Shown one piece after another: positions 37,267 through 50,770 of a stretch of 64,000 bases of DNA. Location: contig NC_057718.1 of assembly GCF_004010195.1 (NCBI RefSeq), forward strand, positions 99,939,186-100,003,185, in the 5' to 3' direction. The translations under genes were made by a program, and so were the position numbers. Positions within the stretch are counted from its first letter, which is position 1. Every line of letters begins with the position of its first letter. The notes under the pieces were generated by a model, which was not told the DNA's origin, did not search any database, and saw only the letters and a program-made list of their open reading frames with translations. The DNA comes from Chiloscyllium plagiosum. Its lineage: Eukaryota.

Positions 37267-38261
37267 AATTAGAGAAACTCAGCAAGTCTGGCAGCATCAG
37301 TGGAGAGGTAAACAGAGTTAATGTCTGGAATTCAATATCTTCTGAAGAGTTATCAGACCTTGACTTCCTTTCTAAAGAGGGGCCAGAATTGTAAGCAATA
37401 TTCCAGCTGCGGCCTAGCCAGAGTTGGTTAAGGTTAATCATTTAACAACTGGTTGAGGCCAAAACATTGCATGTTTTCAAGAGGATTTAGATATAGTTCT
37501 TAGGGCTAAAGGGATCAAACAGTATGGGGGGAGAAAGTGGGGAGTGATCTAACATGATCATATTGAATACAGGAGCAGGCTCAAAGGGCTGAACGGCCTG
37601 TATCTGCTCCTACTTTCTATGTTTCTCTGTATCATAACTTCCCTCCTATGTCGCTTTTTACATAACACACGCATGCACCGTTTCCAAACATGCCCTTTCT
37701 GACATGCCCTGTCACTTTCAAAGACTGATGAACTGCATCCCCTTCGCCTTCTGTTCCCAGAGTGTAGTTTCGACTGTTTAAAGTGTTTCTGTAATTCATT
37801 TTTTAAGCAGCCACCCCTCTCCCACCAGCACCCCCAGTCCCCCAAGCCTACACATTTTAGCAAGCAATCAATTTAACAATGTTACACTAACACCAATCTC
37901 CCCAGCAATACCACTTCTTCCAGCGAGATGCATTAAAAGTTTAATTATGTTCGGGCTGCTCGTGTGACTTTGATTAAGTAGGGTAGCCAGGCAGCACCAT
38001 TCCGAGAGAAAATAGCACATTAAAGGAGGTGAAGGATGTGAGATATTCTCTTCTCTCTTCACCTTTGACAATTAATGAAAAATATACAAGTCTCCCTTTG
38101 GACTTTCCCGGAGGATATGGTCGGGGAATGGAATTTTGAATTTTTGGTCGTGAATTTTCTACTGACTGAATGAGCAGCCAGTCGCAAGTCGAATCCAAGT
38201 TCTGACTGCAGAGCTCGCTGGTTTTGAGCATGTAAATGCCAAACAAAGAGACCTCAAACAC

Positions 38262-38876
38262 AGGTTCATTGATCCTTGAAAGTGGAGTCACAGGTAGACA
38301 GGATAGTGAAGAAAGCATTTAGTATGCTTTCCTTTATTGGTCAGTGCACTGAGTATTGGCATTGGGAATGCCATGTTGTGGCTGTATAGGTAATTGCTTA
38401 AGCTGCTTTTGGAACACTGCTTGCAATTCTGGTCTCCCTACTTGAAAGGGTTCAGAAAAGATTTACAAGGATGTTGCCAGGGTTGGAGGGTTTGAGCTAC
38501 AGGGAGAGGCTGAACAGGCTGGGTAAGATTTAAAAATGACACAAAGGGCAACTTTCTCACACAAGAGGATGGCAAATACACGTAATTTGTTAACACAAAT
38601 TCACTGTAACGTGATTGACAATTTGGGGTCACTGTTTCTAAAGTGCGAACTTTTCAAACGTGTTGGCTGTAACGCGATTACATTGCCAACACTTTAATCA
38701 CAATGTTTCTATAATGCGGAGTTGCACAAGAACACAGCCATTGTGTTACCGAAGAACTCCCTGCATTTGGAATAAGCTGCCAGAGGAAGTGGTGTAAGCG
38801 AATACAATTACAATATTTAAAGGGCATCTCGATGGGTATATGAATAGAAAGGGTTTAGAGGGATATGCACCAAATG
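38262..38876 (+). mobile_element. Deleted CR1 LINE fragment containing a MITE (about 38580-38764)
   Basis: CR1 segments flank a MITE of the family seen at 61013-61205. Confidence 0.7.
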
Positions 38877-38879
38877 AGG

Positions 38880-39230
38880 AAGCGATTGCCTAGTGATATT
38901 ATTGCTCGCCTGTTAATCCAGAGACCCAGGTAATGTTCTGGGGAACCCGGGTTCGAGTCCCGCCACGGCAAATGGTAGAATTTGAATTCAATAAAAAAAA
39001 GCTGGAATTAAGAGTCTAAAGATGACCATGAGACCATTGTTGGAAAAACCCCTCTGGGTCACTAACGTCCTTTAGGGAAGGAAACTGCCATCCTTACCCT
39101 GGTCTGGCCTACATGTGACTCCAGATCCACAGCAACATAGTTAACTCTTAACTGCCCTCTGGGTGAATAGGATGGGCAATAAATGCTGATCTAACCAGTG
39201 ACACCCTTTTCCTGTGAATAAATAAAACAA
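38880..39230 (+). mobile_element. tRNA-derived SINE (Meta-SINE-like core)
   Basis: gggttcgagtcccg B box; core and tail shared with 27778-28085. Confidence 0.75.
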
Positions 39231-41087
39231 AAAGACAAGATTAATTGAGGATATCTGGTCAGCGTGGACAAGGTGGGACCAATGGTCTTTTTCTGATCTG
39301 TATGACCATTGTGATGATCTAGATTATGTCACCAGGATGTACAATGACTGTGGATTCACAGCCTGCGCTCATACAGAAGCTGGGCTCATTTCAGCAAGTG
39401 TAAGGCATTTGCCATCTTAAGACAGTAGTACTGAGGCTTTTACAGCCCAGCACATACCCTGGGCTCAGCATGACACTTACAAAACAGGAACACGTCCACT
39501 GGCTGTATTTTCCCTCTGCTACACCATGAGACATCTCCGACACCTTCTGAAAGCACACTAGCACAACAATACACTCAGCTACCTCCAATCAGCACCCTGC
39601 AATTGGCAGGTAATCTCGCTGTTCCTTTAGCATTGACCTGGGATGGAACAGTGAGATTCCCATGTGGAATGATAATGGATTTGGCCGACATTATCATTTG
39701 ATTGGATCCGTGTCCAATACTTCCTCTGGCAGCTCATTCTATATGCAGGTAGTTCTTCGGTAACACGATGGGTGTGTTTTTGTCGATTTACTGTCCATCC
39801 CTACATGCTCCTTGAGATGGAAGGTGGTTGCTTACCTTTCTGAACCACTGGGTAATATTTTGGGGTCTACTTTAATTTTAGTCAGCAAGGGAATTAAGGG
39901 TTATGGGGATAAAAAGCATGAAAGTGGGATTGAGAATCATCATGTTCTCACTGTATAGATGGGCTGAATGGTCTACTTCAGCTCCTATATGTTATGGCCT
40001 TGTAATTCAAATGCAATTATACACTGAAATGTCTACTAGCACCGGTTAGTTACAAGACACATTCCAGAGACAAGTGTACTTTCAGAAAGTTTGCAGAATT
40101 TATGATGTTAATCGTATTGAGTTCAAAATAAATGATAATCAAGAGAAGCCCAGTTTTCAGTCAATCCACTTCAGGACACCAGCTGACATTATCACTGGGC
40201 AAATGTCTCTTGTTCTGCTCTGTTGTCTTGATGTGACCTTTCTGTATCAGACCATGAAGAATGGCCATTCATTAACCCTCACTGGCTCCTATAACCTGTG
40301 CGTGATCAGAAGCATTCTGAACTCTAGTTGGTTTTCCCAGCACTGGGCAGCACATGACCGATTCTGAACTGGCAAACTCATGTGTGGCCAATTCTTAATT
40401 GGTTCATTCAACAGCAATGACCATCTAGTTGGTCTCACTTAGAACTTGCATTAAGCTCCTCACAAACCATCTCTGTCTGATGGAAGAGTGGGGCTATGGT
40501 AACTTTATCTTGAAAGAGTAATTTATTCATCTGCTTGAGCAGATGATGTCACCTGCTAGTAATTTAATATCATCCCTGAGGTCCCAACTGATAAACTTAA
40601 TTATTCTCCAAAATCTATTTGTGCCCTTTAACTGCAACAGCCATGTGAAACCATAGGAACTGTTGATATATGAAACAGATTAAAATAACCTTACAAAACT
40701 TAAATACATACTTTAAGTTACAAAAGAAAGCCACTTTAGAATATAGCTGTGTCTTTGAGTATAAGCATTTTACCTCAAAGCATTCTCTCATTTGTTAGCC
40801 TAAGCTTGAGCCATAACAAATAGCTTTTAACAATAGTCAACATTTCTAGGATTGCTACTGAAAATATAAGCACTACAACACTTAGGCAGTAGTGTTGGGG
40901 TAGAAGATATACAAGGAAAAAAAAGAGAGAAAAAAAGGAAAAAAAACCCAGGAGATTTAGTCTCCTCGGTTTAGGGCACTGACTCTGTGCTGACTGGTGC
41001 TACAGTAAGTGTTTCTGATCCTGTTGATTTCTGTTTTTTTTTTGGAGAAGAGTTTTCTCTTTCTAAAATCAAACAGATAAAGAAAAA

Positions 41088-41548
41088 ATAGGATCCCTAC
41101 AGCGTGGAAACAGGCCCTTCAGCACCACAAGTCCACACCAACCCTCCGAAGAGTAACCCACCCAGACCCATTCGCCTACCTTATTACTCTACATTTACCC
41201 CTGACTAATGCACCTATCCTACACATCCGTGAACACTATGGTCAACTTAGCACGGCCAATTCACAATTTAGCATGTGTCTAACCTGCACATCTTTGGATT
41301 GTGGGAGGAAACCAGAGCACCCAGAGGAAACCCACGCAGAGAATGTGCAAACTCCACACAGACAGTCGCCCAAGGCTGGAATTGAACCCAGATGTCTAGA
41401 TTAGAATGGTGCTGGAAAAGCACAGCAGTTCAGGCAGCATCCGAGGAGCAGTAAAATCGACATTTCGGGCAAAAGCCCTTCATCAGGAATACAGGATCCC
41501 TGGTGCTATGAAGCAACAGTGCTAACCACTGAACCACAGTGCTGCCCT
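41088..41548 (-). mobile_element. HE1 V-SINE with a PLE-derived insertion (about 41392-41495)
   Basis: SINE interrupted in its head; insertion carries minus-strand CUGAUGA-A-GGGC-UUUU-GCCC-GAAA-UG-UC. Confidence 0.85.
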
Positions 41549-42011
41549 AAGTTAGTATGGTTCTAATTACAGATTTGTAGAACTCAAGTTTTCCATTCTG
41601 CCATGCCCCTGAGGGTTCTACATTACTAGCACTGTGACATTATCACTGCACCACCTGCCCATGTTGTTGCCACGTTTCACCAGCTTAGCCTTGCCCCTGA
41701 CAGCACAAGCAATAATCCAACCAGTCACTGAAGATGGCGAAAGGACTTGAGTTTCCTGAGGCACGATTCAACCTGATGAAATGGACAGATTTCAGACTAT
41801 CAGTCATAGAGTGGATGCACTTCACATGGGATGAAACCATGAACGATGACAACTCCTTACGTATTTATTTTATCAAATAATCACCGTACACTTGTCTTCA
41901 GCGGATTGTTTAGGAACAGGGGGAGGCTGTTCAGCCCCTCAATATGTAAAAGTGCCCAGTAAAGGCACACCAGATTTACATCCTGATAAAGAGTCATCTA
42001 GACTGGAAACA

Positions 42012-42207
42012 GTTACAAATCACACAACACCAGGTTATAGTCCAACAGGTTTGTTTGGAAGCGCTAGCTTTTGGAGTGCTGCTCCTTCATCAGGTAACTG
42101 TTACTTCCAATAGTGGTCCTTCCAAATAAACCTGTTGGACTATAGCCGAGTGTTGTGTGATTTTTAACTTTGTCCACCCCAGTCCAACACCGGCACCTCC
42201 ACATCAT
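42012..42207. mobile_element. Fold-back PLE-derived element, family B
   Basis: aaatcacacaacaccaggttatagtccaacagg arm and its reverse complement. Confidence 0.8.
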
Positions 42208-43459
42208 AGAGTGGAAATGTTAGCTTGCTGTCGCTCCATGCATGTTCTCTGGCCTCGAGCCTTTGTTGTTTTCTCTACATCCTAACCCGACCGAACTGCC
42301 ACATCTCAGAGCATAACAGCTTGGAGCAGGAGTCGGCCGTCTGGCCCTTCGAGCCTGCTCCACCATTCAACAAGATCATGGCTGATCTTTTTGTGGACTT
42401 CGGTTCCATTTACCCGCCCGCTCACCATAACCCTTAATTCCTTTACTTTCCAAAAATCCATCTTCCAAACACATTCAATGGGGTAACCTCAACTGCTTCC
42501 CTGGGCGGGGAATTCCACAGATTCACAACCCTCTGGGTGAAGAAGCTCCTCCTCAGCTCAGCCCTAAACCTGCTCCCCCTAATTTTGAGGCAATGTCCCC
42601 TAGTTCTCATTCACACAATACAGTCCCCATTATGTGGCATATTGATATAATGCCTATCAAGGACATCTTTAAAAGAAATGTTATTCCTTACTAACATCTG
42701 TGTAAAATGCAACAAAGTAAACCATCACAAGTTCCCATGATTGCCTCCAGCGATGATCTTGAGGATGCCACGGGGTATAGTAAGTGAGAATAAATGAATT
42801 GCTTTATCAAACAGATTGGCCAGCCTTAACTGTGGCAGGGGTTTCTGATTAATAAAACTTGGAGTGAACTGAAGTTGGCAGAGGTTGGCATGCCCACTGA
42901 CAGATTGGGTAAACTCCAGCCCTATCTTCTCTGTGGCCAGAGCATCCAATCCCCTTTCTCCTGAGCGTACAAGCTGCAAGCCTTTTTAAATCTGGTGCCA
43001 AGATAGCCTGAGATGTTTTGGCTGTTCCTCAATGCACACCATCTCCTTGGTAATGCATCACTGGCATCTGCTGGAACAGTTTGCCTGCATGCCACGTACC
43101 AGATTTCATGTCATTGTCTGTCCGGTCTTCAGCTGTTGCAGAATGATGGAACGAAATCAGGAAGCAATGTCGCAGGCTGTGAGCTCATTGTCGCTCAAAA
43201 GCCAAACTTTTGCACTTGGCCATTCCTTTCAAATATCAAGAAACAATGGAATTGGCTCAGAATATTTTTAACTGTTGGGCACCATGTTTAAAACAAATCA
43301 AATCAAACAAAGTCCAGCAGTTAACTGTCAACCCAGCAGTTAACTGTCAATCATCAGCAATAGCTTCATTCTCCATGACGATGCCCGTAACAATCAGAGC
43401 TCACTTACCAATCTCCTCGCATGCTGTAGAAGTGTTAGTTTTCCCCTTGAATTGATCAT

Positions 43460-43800
43460 TTCTCAAATGTTAATTCTGATCTCTCTCTCCTTCAGTGGCT
43501 GTAGTACTACACTCTGCGAGAAAGTGAGGACTGCAAACGCTGGAGGTCAGAGTCAAAGAGTGTGGTGCTGGAAAAGCACAGCAAGTCAGGCAGCATCCGA
43601 GGAGCAGGAGAGTTGACGTTTTGAGCATAAGCTCATCATCAGGAATCCTGATGAAAAGCTTATGCCGATATTACACTCTGCACTCTGCTCTGCGACCCAG
43701 ATATACTTTGTATGGTACAATCTACCTGTATAGCACACAAAACAACACTTTCCACTGTACCTCGGTACATGGGACAATGATAAATCAATAATCAATCAAA
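43460..43800 (+). mobile_element. Rex1/Babar-type LINE 3'UTR with a PLE-derived insertion (about 43518-43670)
   Basis: Same tail as 63665-63880 (aacaacacttt..cactgta...gacaa, (aatc)n); insertion flanked by tacactctgc repeats. Confidence 0.7.
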
Positions 43801-43818
43801 GTTTGAGAGAAGATTTGT

Positions 43819-44559
43819 NNNNNNNNNNNNNNNNNNNNNNNNNNNNNNNNNNNNNNNNNNNNNNNNNNNNNNNNNNNNNNNNNNNNNNNNNNNNNNNNNN
43901 NNNNNNNNNNNNNNNNNNNNNNNNNNNNNNNNNNNNNNNNNNNNNNNNNNNNNNNNNNNNNNNNNNNNNNNNNNNNNNNNNNNNNNNNNNNNNNNNNNNN
44001 NNNNNNNNNNNNNNNNNNNNNNNNNNNNNNNNNNNNNNNNNNNNNNNNNNNNNNNNNNNNNNNNNNNNNNNNNNNNNNNNNNNNNNNNNNNNNNNNNNNN
44101 NNNNNNNNNNNNNNNNNNNNNNNNNNNNNNNNNNNNNNNNNNNNNNNNNNNNNNNNNNNNNNNNNNNNNNNNNNNNNNNNNNNNNNNNNNNNNNNNNNNN
44201 NNNNNNNNNNNNNNNNNNNNNNNNNNNNNNNNNNNNNNNNNNNNNNNNNNNNNNNNNNNNNNNNNNNNNNNNNNNNNNNNNNNNNNNNNNNNNNNNNNNN
44301 NNNNNNNNNNNNNNNNNNNNNNNNNNNNNNNNNNNNNNNNNNNNNNNNNNNNNNNNNNNNNNNNNNNNNNNNNNNNNNNNNNNNNNNNNNNNNNNNNNNN
44401 NNNNNNNNNNNNNNNNNNNNNNNNNNNNNNNNNNNNNNNNNNNNNNNNNNNNNNNNNNNNNNNNNNNNNNNNNNNNNNNNNNNNNNNNNNNNNNNNNNNN
44501 NNNNNNNNNNNNNNNNNNNNNNNNNNNNNNNNNNNNNNNNNNNNNNNNNNNNNNNNNNN
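43819..44559. other. Assembly gap
   Basis: Run of N. Confidence 1.
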
Positions 44560-44670
44560 ACGGGGAGAACGTGCAAACTCCACACAGTCAGTCGCCTGAG
44601 GCGGGAATTGAACCCGGGTCTCTGGCGCTGTGAGGCAGCAGTGCTAACCACTGTGCCACCGTGCCGCCCA
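44560..44670 (-). mobile_element. Young HE1 V-SINE head (runs into the gap)
   Basis: CpG-intact head gggcggcacggtggcacagtggttagc...cccgggttcaattcccg on the minus strand. Confidence 0.9.
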
Positions 44671-44727
44671 CGGTGGCACAGGTTTAGCCATTTCGCATCA
44701 ACAGCAAAGGGGACAGGAAGAATAAAC

Positions 44728-45180
44728 TGACCATTTGATAGCACCTTCCACACTTCCAGAATGTCCCAAGGCACTTTTGACACTGCAATGCTTTTGAATT
44801 GTAGAAGAGAAGCAACCGTAGAATGCAGAATCATGGAATCATACCGTACAGAATTAATTTGCACAGAGCATGTCCCACAAGCAATAATGTGAGAATGTTC
44901 AGACAATTTAAATTGAAGGTTTTGGTGGATTTTTAGGACACAAGGATTAGCTTCCCCATCCTTCTTTGAAATAGCATCGCAAATTCTGACCTATTCACCT
45001 GCTGGAGCAGAGGGGTCCTGCGTTTCACACCACACCTGCAAGATATCACCTCCAACAGTGCAGCAGACCCTCAGTGCTGCGACCAGATGGTCAGCATAGT
45101 TCCTAAGCTCAACTCCCTGGAGTGGGGCTTGAACCCACAACGTTCTAACTCAAAACATCCATAGTGGCACCGACTGAAGC
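44728..45180 (-). mobile_element. Ancient Deu-domain-like SINE remnant
   Basis: atgtcccaaggcactt, aatttgcacag, cacctccaacagtgcagca, ggagtggggcttgaacccacaac (tRNA B box on minus). Confidence 0.6.
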
Positions 45181-45244
45181 ATCGTCTAAGATCACAGAGC
45201 ATGAAAAATGCAGGACGCTTACAGAATGAGTAGATAAAATATGG

Positions 45245-45597
45245 AAGTTTACAAAATCATGACCGCTGTAGATAAGATGAATGCCTTTTCTCTAGGGAGG
45301 GGAGTTCAAGATTAGGGGGCAAGTTTTTAAGGTGAGAGGAGAAAGATTTAAAAGGACACGAGGGGCAACATTTTTACACAGAGGGTGGTTCGCGTGTGGA
45401 ATGAACTTCCAGAGGAAGTGGTGGTTGTGGGTACAGTTACAATAGTTAAAAGACATTTGGATAAGGACATGAACAGGAAAGGCTTGGAGGGATAAGAGCC
45501 AAGCGCAGGCAGGTGAGATTAGTTTCGTTTGGGATTATAATCGGCATGGACTATTTGGACCGAAGGGTCTGTTTCTATGCTGTATGACTCTATGACT
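45245..45597 (+). mobile_element. CR1 LINE 3' fragment
   Basis: ttttacacagagggtggttcgcgtgtggaatgaacttccagagg and (atgactct)n tail. Confidence 0.85.
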
Positions 45598-46346
45598 TTA
45601 TAACTATACAAAGCAAGAATATCCCAGACCTGATTCAAGATGTAAATTGATTTAACAGAACTGAGCAGAGGTGGAGATTGGGGTTATGCGATTAAATTGT
45701 TTACACTGGGTTACAGAGTGAAATAACACATACAATTTGTAGGAAAAACAAATTTGATGGGAGGTGGGCATCGCTGGCAGGGTTAGCATCTGTTGTCTAT
45801 GTATACTTCGAGTGAGTGATGTACTGGGGCGTTTTACAGGGAGGGAGGTTTATACATGACCCATGTCCAAGGAGGTGCAGGCTAGGTGGGTGAGCCGTGC
45901 TTACATGTCCAAAATTGAAACCAACACACTGAAGATCACAGCGGGTCAGGCAGCATTCCTGGAGACAGATAGCAAGCTAACATTTCAATTCCAGATGAGT
46001 CTTCATCTTTTCTCTCCGTGGATGCTGCCTGACTCGCTGTGATCTCCAGCATTTGTTGTTTTCAGCTCAGATTCCAGCCTCTGCAGTCATTTGCTCCTAC
46101 ATTGTGTTAAATGTCCTGGGACATGCAGGCTGGGTGGGTTAGCTATGGTAAAATACAGGGTTACTGGGAGAGTGTGGGAAACTCTGTAGAGGGTCAGTGC
46201 AGACTCAATGGGCTGAATGGCCTCTTTCCACACTGTAGGGATTCTACGATTTTATATTGTTTTGGGTCTGAAGTCACCTGCAGCCCAGACCAGATAAGAA
46301 TAGCAGATTTCCTTTCTAAATTAATAAGATTTTTAAAAAAACAATA

Positions 46347-48548
46347 GTTACAGAGATGTACAGCACGGAAACAGACCCTTCAGTCCAACTCGTCTATGCC
46401 AACCAGATATCCTGAATTATCTAATTCCATTTGCCAGCATTTGGCCCATATCCCTCTAAACCCTTCCTATTCATATACCCATCCAGATGCCTTTTAAATC
46501 TTGTAATTGTAGGAGCCTCCACCACTTCCTCTGGCAGCTCATTCCGTACACACACTACCCTCTGCGTGAAAAAGATGCCCCTTAAGTCCCTTTTAAATCT
46601 TTCCCCTCTCACCCTAAACCTATGCCCTCTAGTTCTGGAATCCCCCAACCCAAGGAAAAATTCTTATCTATTTATCTTATCCATGTCCCTCATGATTTTA
46701 TAAACCTCTATAAGGTCACCCCTTAGCCTCCGACAGCTCCAGCCTGTTCAGCCTCTCCCTGTAAATCAAACCCTCCAACCCTGGCAACATCCTTGTAAAT
46801 CTTTACTGAACTCTTTCAAGTTTCACAACATCCTTCTGATAGGAAGGAGATCAGAATTGCACACAATATTTCAAAAGTGGCCTAACCAATGTCCTGTACA
46901 GCTGCAACATGACCTCCCAACTCCTGTACTCAATGCTCTCAAACGCCATCTTCACTATCTGATCTACCTGAGATTCCATTTTCAAGGAACAATGAACCTG
47001 CACTCCAAGGTCTCTTTGTTCAGCAACACTCCCCAGGACCTTACCATTAACTGTATAAGTCCTGCCCTGACTTGCCTTTCCAAAATGCAGTACCTCACAT
47101 TTATTTAAATTAAACTCCATCTACCACTCCTCAGCTCATTGGCCGATCTGATCAAAATCCTGTTGTACTCTGAGGTAACCTTCCTCGCTGTCCACCAAAC
47201 ATCCAATTTTGGTGTCATCTTCAAACTTACCAACTATACCTCCTATGTTCATATCCAAATCATTTATATAAATGCTGAAAATTAGTGGACCCAACGCCAA
47301 TCCTTGTGGCACTCCACTGGTCACAGGGCTCCAGTCTGAAAAGTTACCCTTCACCACCACCCTCTGTCTTCTACCTTCCAAATGGCTAGTTCTCCCTGTA
47401 TTCTCTGTGATCTAACCTTGCTAACCAGTCTACTATGGCAAACCTTACCGAAGTCCATATAGATCATATCCACCTCTCTGCCCTCATCAATCCTCTTTGT
47501 TACTCCTTCAAACAACTCAATCAAGTTATAGAATCCTTACAGTGTGGAAACAGGCCATTCGGCCCAACAAGTCCACACCGACCCTCTCAACTGTAACCCC
47601 ACTCAGACCCATTCCCCTACCCTGTTACTCTACATTTACCCCTGACTGATGCACCTAATCTACACATCCCTGTGGATAATTTAGCATGGCCAATTCACCC
47701 TAACCTGCACATCTTAGGACTATGGGAGGAAACCCACACAGACGGGGAGAACGTGCAAACACCCACAGAGAGTCACCCAAGACTAGAATCGAACCCAGGT
47801 CCGGTTGGCATTGTGAGGCAGCAGTGCTAACCACTGGGCCACCGTGTTGCCCAGAAGTTAACAGGACTTGATTTCCCACACACAAAACTATCCCAAATCA
47901 GTCCTTGCCCTTCCAAATACATGTAAATCCTGTCCCTCAGGATTCCCTCCAACAACTTGCCCACCAGCGATGTCAGGCTCACCAGCGATGTCAGGCTCAC
48001 CAGTCTACAGTTCCCTAGCTTTTCCTTACCACCTTTCTTAAATACTGGCACCACATTAACCAAACTCCAGTCTTCCAACACCTCACCTGGTGGGCGGCAC
48101 GGTGGCACAGTGGTTAGCACTGCTGCCTCACAGCGCCAGAGATCTGGGTTCAATTCCCACCTGTGTGGAGTTTGCACATTCTCCCCGTGTCTGTGTGGGC
48201 TTCCTCCGGGTGCTCTGGTTTCCTCCCACAGTCCAAAAATGTGCACGTTTGGTGAATTGGCCACGCTAAATTGCCCGTAGTGTTAGGTGTAGAGGAATGG
48301 GTCTGGGCGAGTTGCGCTTCGGTGGGTCGGTGTGGACTTGTTGGGCCGACCGGCCTGTTTCCACACTGTAAGTAATCTAATCTAAACCTGTGACGATCGA
48401 TGATCCAAATACTTCAGCAAGGAGCCCAGCAATCACTTCCCATCTTCCCACAGAGTTCTAGGCTACACCTGATCAGCTCCCAGGATTTATCCACAGTTAG
48501 GCATTTTAAGACATCCAGCACCTCCTCCACTGTAATACGGACATTTTT
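46347..48548 (-). mobile_element. CR1 LINE (RT region) with two nested HE1 SINEs (47528-47852 minus; 48092-48385 plus)
   Basis: SGVPQGLALGPLIFSIYINDLD, KFEDDTKIG, VPVFKKGGKEKLGNCRLVSLTS; 18-bp internal duplication at 47962-47997. Confidence 0.93.
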
Positions 48549-48651
48549 GGAGTGGCCAGCATTTCAGGGGAGTAGGAAATGGGGGGCCCAAAGAAATGTG
48601 ATCACACACCCTCTAATCAGGAGGGAGATCCAATGTGATCATGAGGCATCA

Positions 48652-48960
48652 TTGAATTGAATTAGCTTTATTGTCACATGTACTCACGTGAATACAGTGA
48701 AAAGTCTACAAGTCACCACTGACTGCACCATCTTAGGTACGAAAGTATCAAGGTATAGATTCTGAGGAAAAAGAATTGGAAACCAAATGGTCTAGCATTA
48801 CTGAAATTCTGAAGTACAAAATCTTAGTAATAAACTGGAAAAATAAACTTTCCAGAATAACAGTGATTTCACCATAATATAACAAGAAACAAATAAATTT
48901 ATAAAAGAGAATTTAAGACGTTGCCCATTCAGTCCGCTTTACGGTTCTGGGCTTGATAGG
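48652..48960 (-). mobile_element. Non-autonomous retroposon sharing the Rex1/Babar-type 3' tail
   Basis: Minus strand ttttcactgta...tacatgtgacaataaa followed by (aattc)n, no ORF. Confidence 0.5.
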
Positions 48961-49779
48961 ATCAGATAGGTCACTCAATGATCATTCTAACAGATCACAT
49001 CTCGTGGGAACTGTAAACGGTCAAATTAAAGCCAGTAATTGGAATTGCAGACATTAGGCAAGGTCGACAGATTTTTGTTCCCGAGTGACCCAGCACACAG
49101 CTCTTTATTTCTTTGTACAAAGATGCCGTTCTCACACAAGACAACCAAAAACAGCACCAGGAAGGATTTCTTTAAAAAACAGAAGTGCGGGAGTACGTGA
49201 TATCCCTCTGACAATAAATCCCCTACATTACAATACTATTGCCAAAGTCAGAGAACATCAAGTAGATTGTTTCTAGCAGGATTTGGAAGGTTACAGATGT
49301 CCCACCTGAATTTAAGGTCTCTTTGGAATTATGTGGAGCTATAAATATTAGATACTCCCACCACCAAACTGAATAAACAAGCAGTTAAAATAAAAGTAGC
49401 CATTAGAAATAACATTCTAAATCTGTCAGAAGAGGATCAGAGAGATACTGCTAAGCTATGGGAAATGCTGGGGGATCAGCTTCTTGTGAAAGTGAATTTT
49501 AGAATTTACTGTCTCGAGCTGATGTCTGACAGGCACCAGTCACAGAAATCAATTGATCGGTTCATCAGTGAGTGAGGACACGGGCTGTGAATCAGAGGCT
49601 GAGTTGATAATGGAGCTGGTTACAGCTTCAACACCCGTCAAGCTTTTCCAGATATAGATCTCTTAGTGCAAAAGAAAGGTCATAACATTAATACAGTTCC
49701 CTAGGATGGCAGAAAATATAAAGCTATTTGTCGCTATAGAATAACATTTGCAAGCAACCAATGGCTCAGATCTAAGTTC

Positions 49780-50770
49780 TGCAGTCCTGCCACATCCAGT
49801 CGTGAATGCTGGTGGGCTATCAAATTACTCACTGGAGGAGGAAGCTCCACAAATATCCCCATCCTCAGTGATGGACGAGTCCAGCACATCAGGGCAAATT
49901 TTCAGAGCAAAGCAGTTGCAGTAACCTGGAGCCAGGAATACTAAGTGTAGATCCATCTCAACTCCCTACATCACAGATGCAAATTGTCAGCTAATTCAAC
50001 TCACTCCACGTGATATCAACAAATGGCTGAATACACTGCACATATAAAAGCCACAGGTCCAGATGACATTCTGGGAATAATACTGAAGACGTGTGCTCCA
50101 GATCTTGCTGCTCCCCCAACCAAGTTGCACCAGTACAGTTACAACACTGGTATCTCCCCGACAATGTGGCAAATATGTCCTCTACATAAAAAAGCAGGAC
50201 AAATCCAACACAGACAATTACTGCCCCCATCAGTCTACTCTCGATCATCAGTAAAGTGATGGAAGGTGTCGTCCACAGTGCCGTCCAGCAGCACCTGCTC
50301 AGCAATAACCTGCTCAGTGATGCCCAGTTTGGGTTCCCCCAGGGCTACTCAGCTCCTGACCTCATTACAGCCTTGGGTCAAACATGGACAAACGGGCTGA
50401 ATTGCAGAGGGGAAGGAGAGAGTGACAGCCCTTAACATCAAGGCAACATTTGACTGATTGTAGCATAAATAAACCTTAGCAAATGAGTATCAGTAGAAAC
50501 TGGGGGGAAACTCATTGCTGGCTGGAGTCGTACCTGACACAAAGGACAATGGCAGTGGTTGTTGGAGCTCAAACATCCCAGCTCCAGGACATCTCTGCGG
50601 GAGGGTCTCAGGGTAGTGTCCTTGGCTCAAACATCTTCAGCTGCTTCATCAATGACCTACCTTCCAGCATAAGGTCCGAAGTGGGAATATTCGCCGACGA
50701 TTGCACAATGTTCAGCACCATTCGCGACTCCTCAGATACTGAAGCAGTCCGTGTCCAAATGCAGCAAGAG
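49780..50770 (+). mobile_element. L2/CR1-group LINE RT pseudogene (non-HER1 family)
   Basis: KATGPDDI..IILKTCAPDLA, WLESYLTQRTMAVVVG, GGSQGSVLGSNIFSCFINDLP, IFADDC; probable 3' continuation at 51340-51550. Confidence 0.85.

Noticed and set aside
43785..44906. Long ORFs of 263-373 aa (and those at 58922-59416)
   Set aside because: Artefacts of translating through N gaps
48092..48165. tRNA gene
   Set aside because: The tRNA-like head continues directly into the V-domain of an HE1 SINE; same for all other copies
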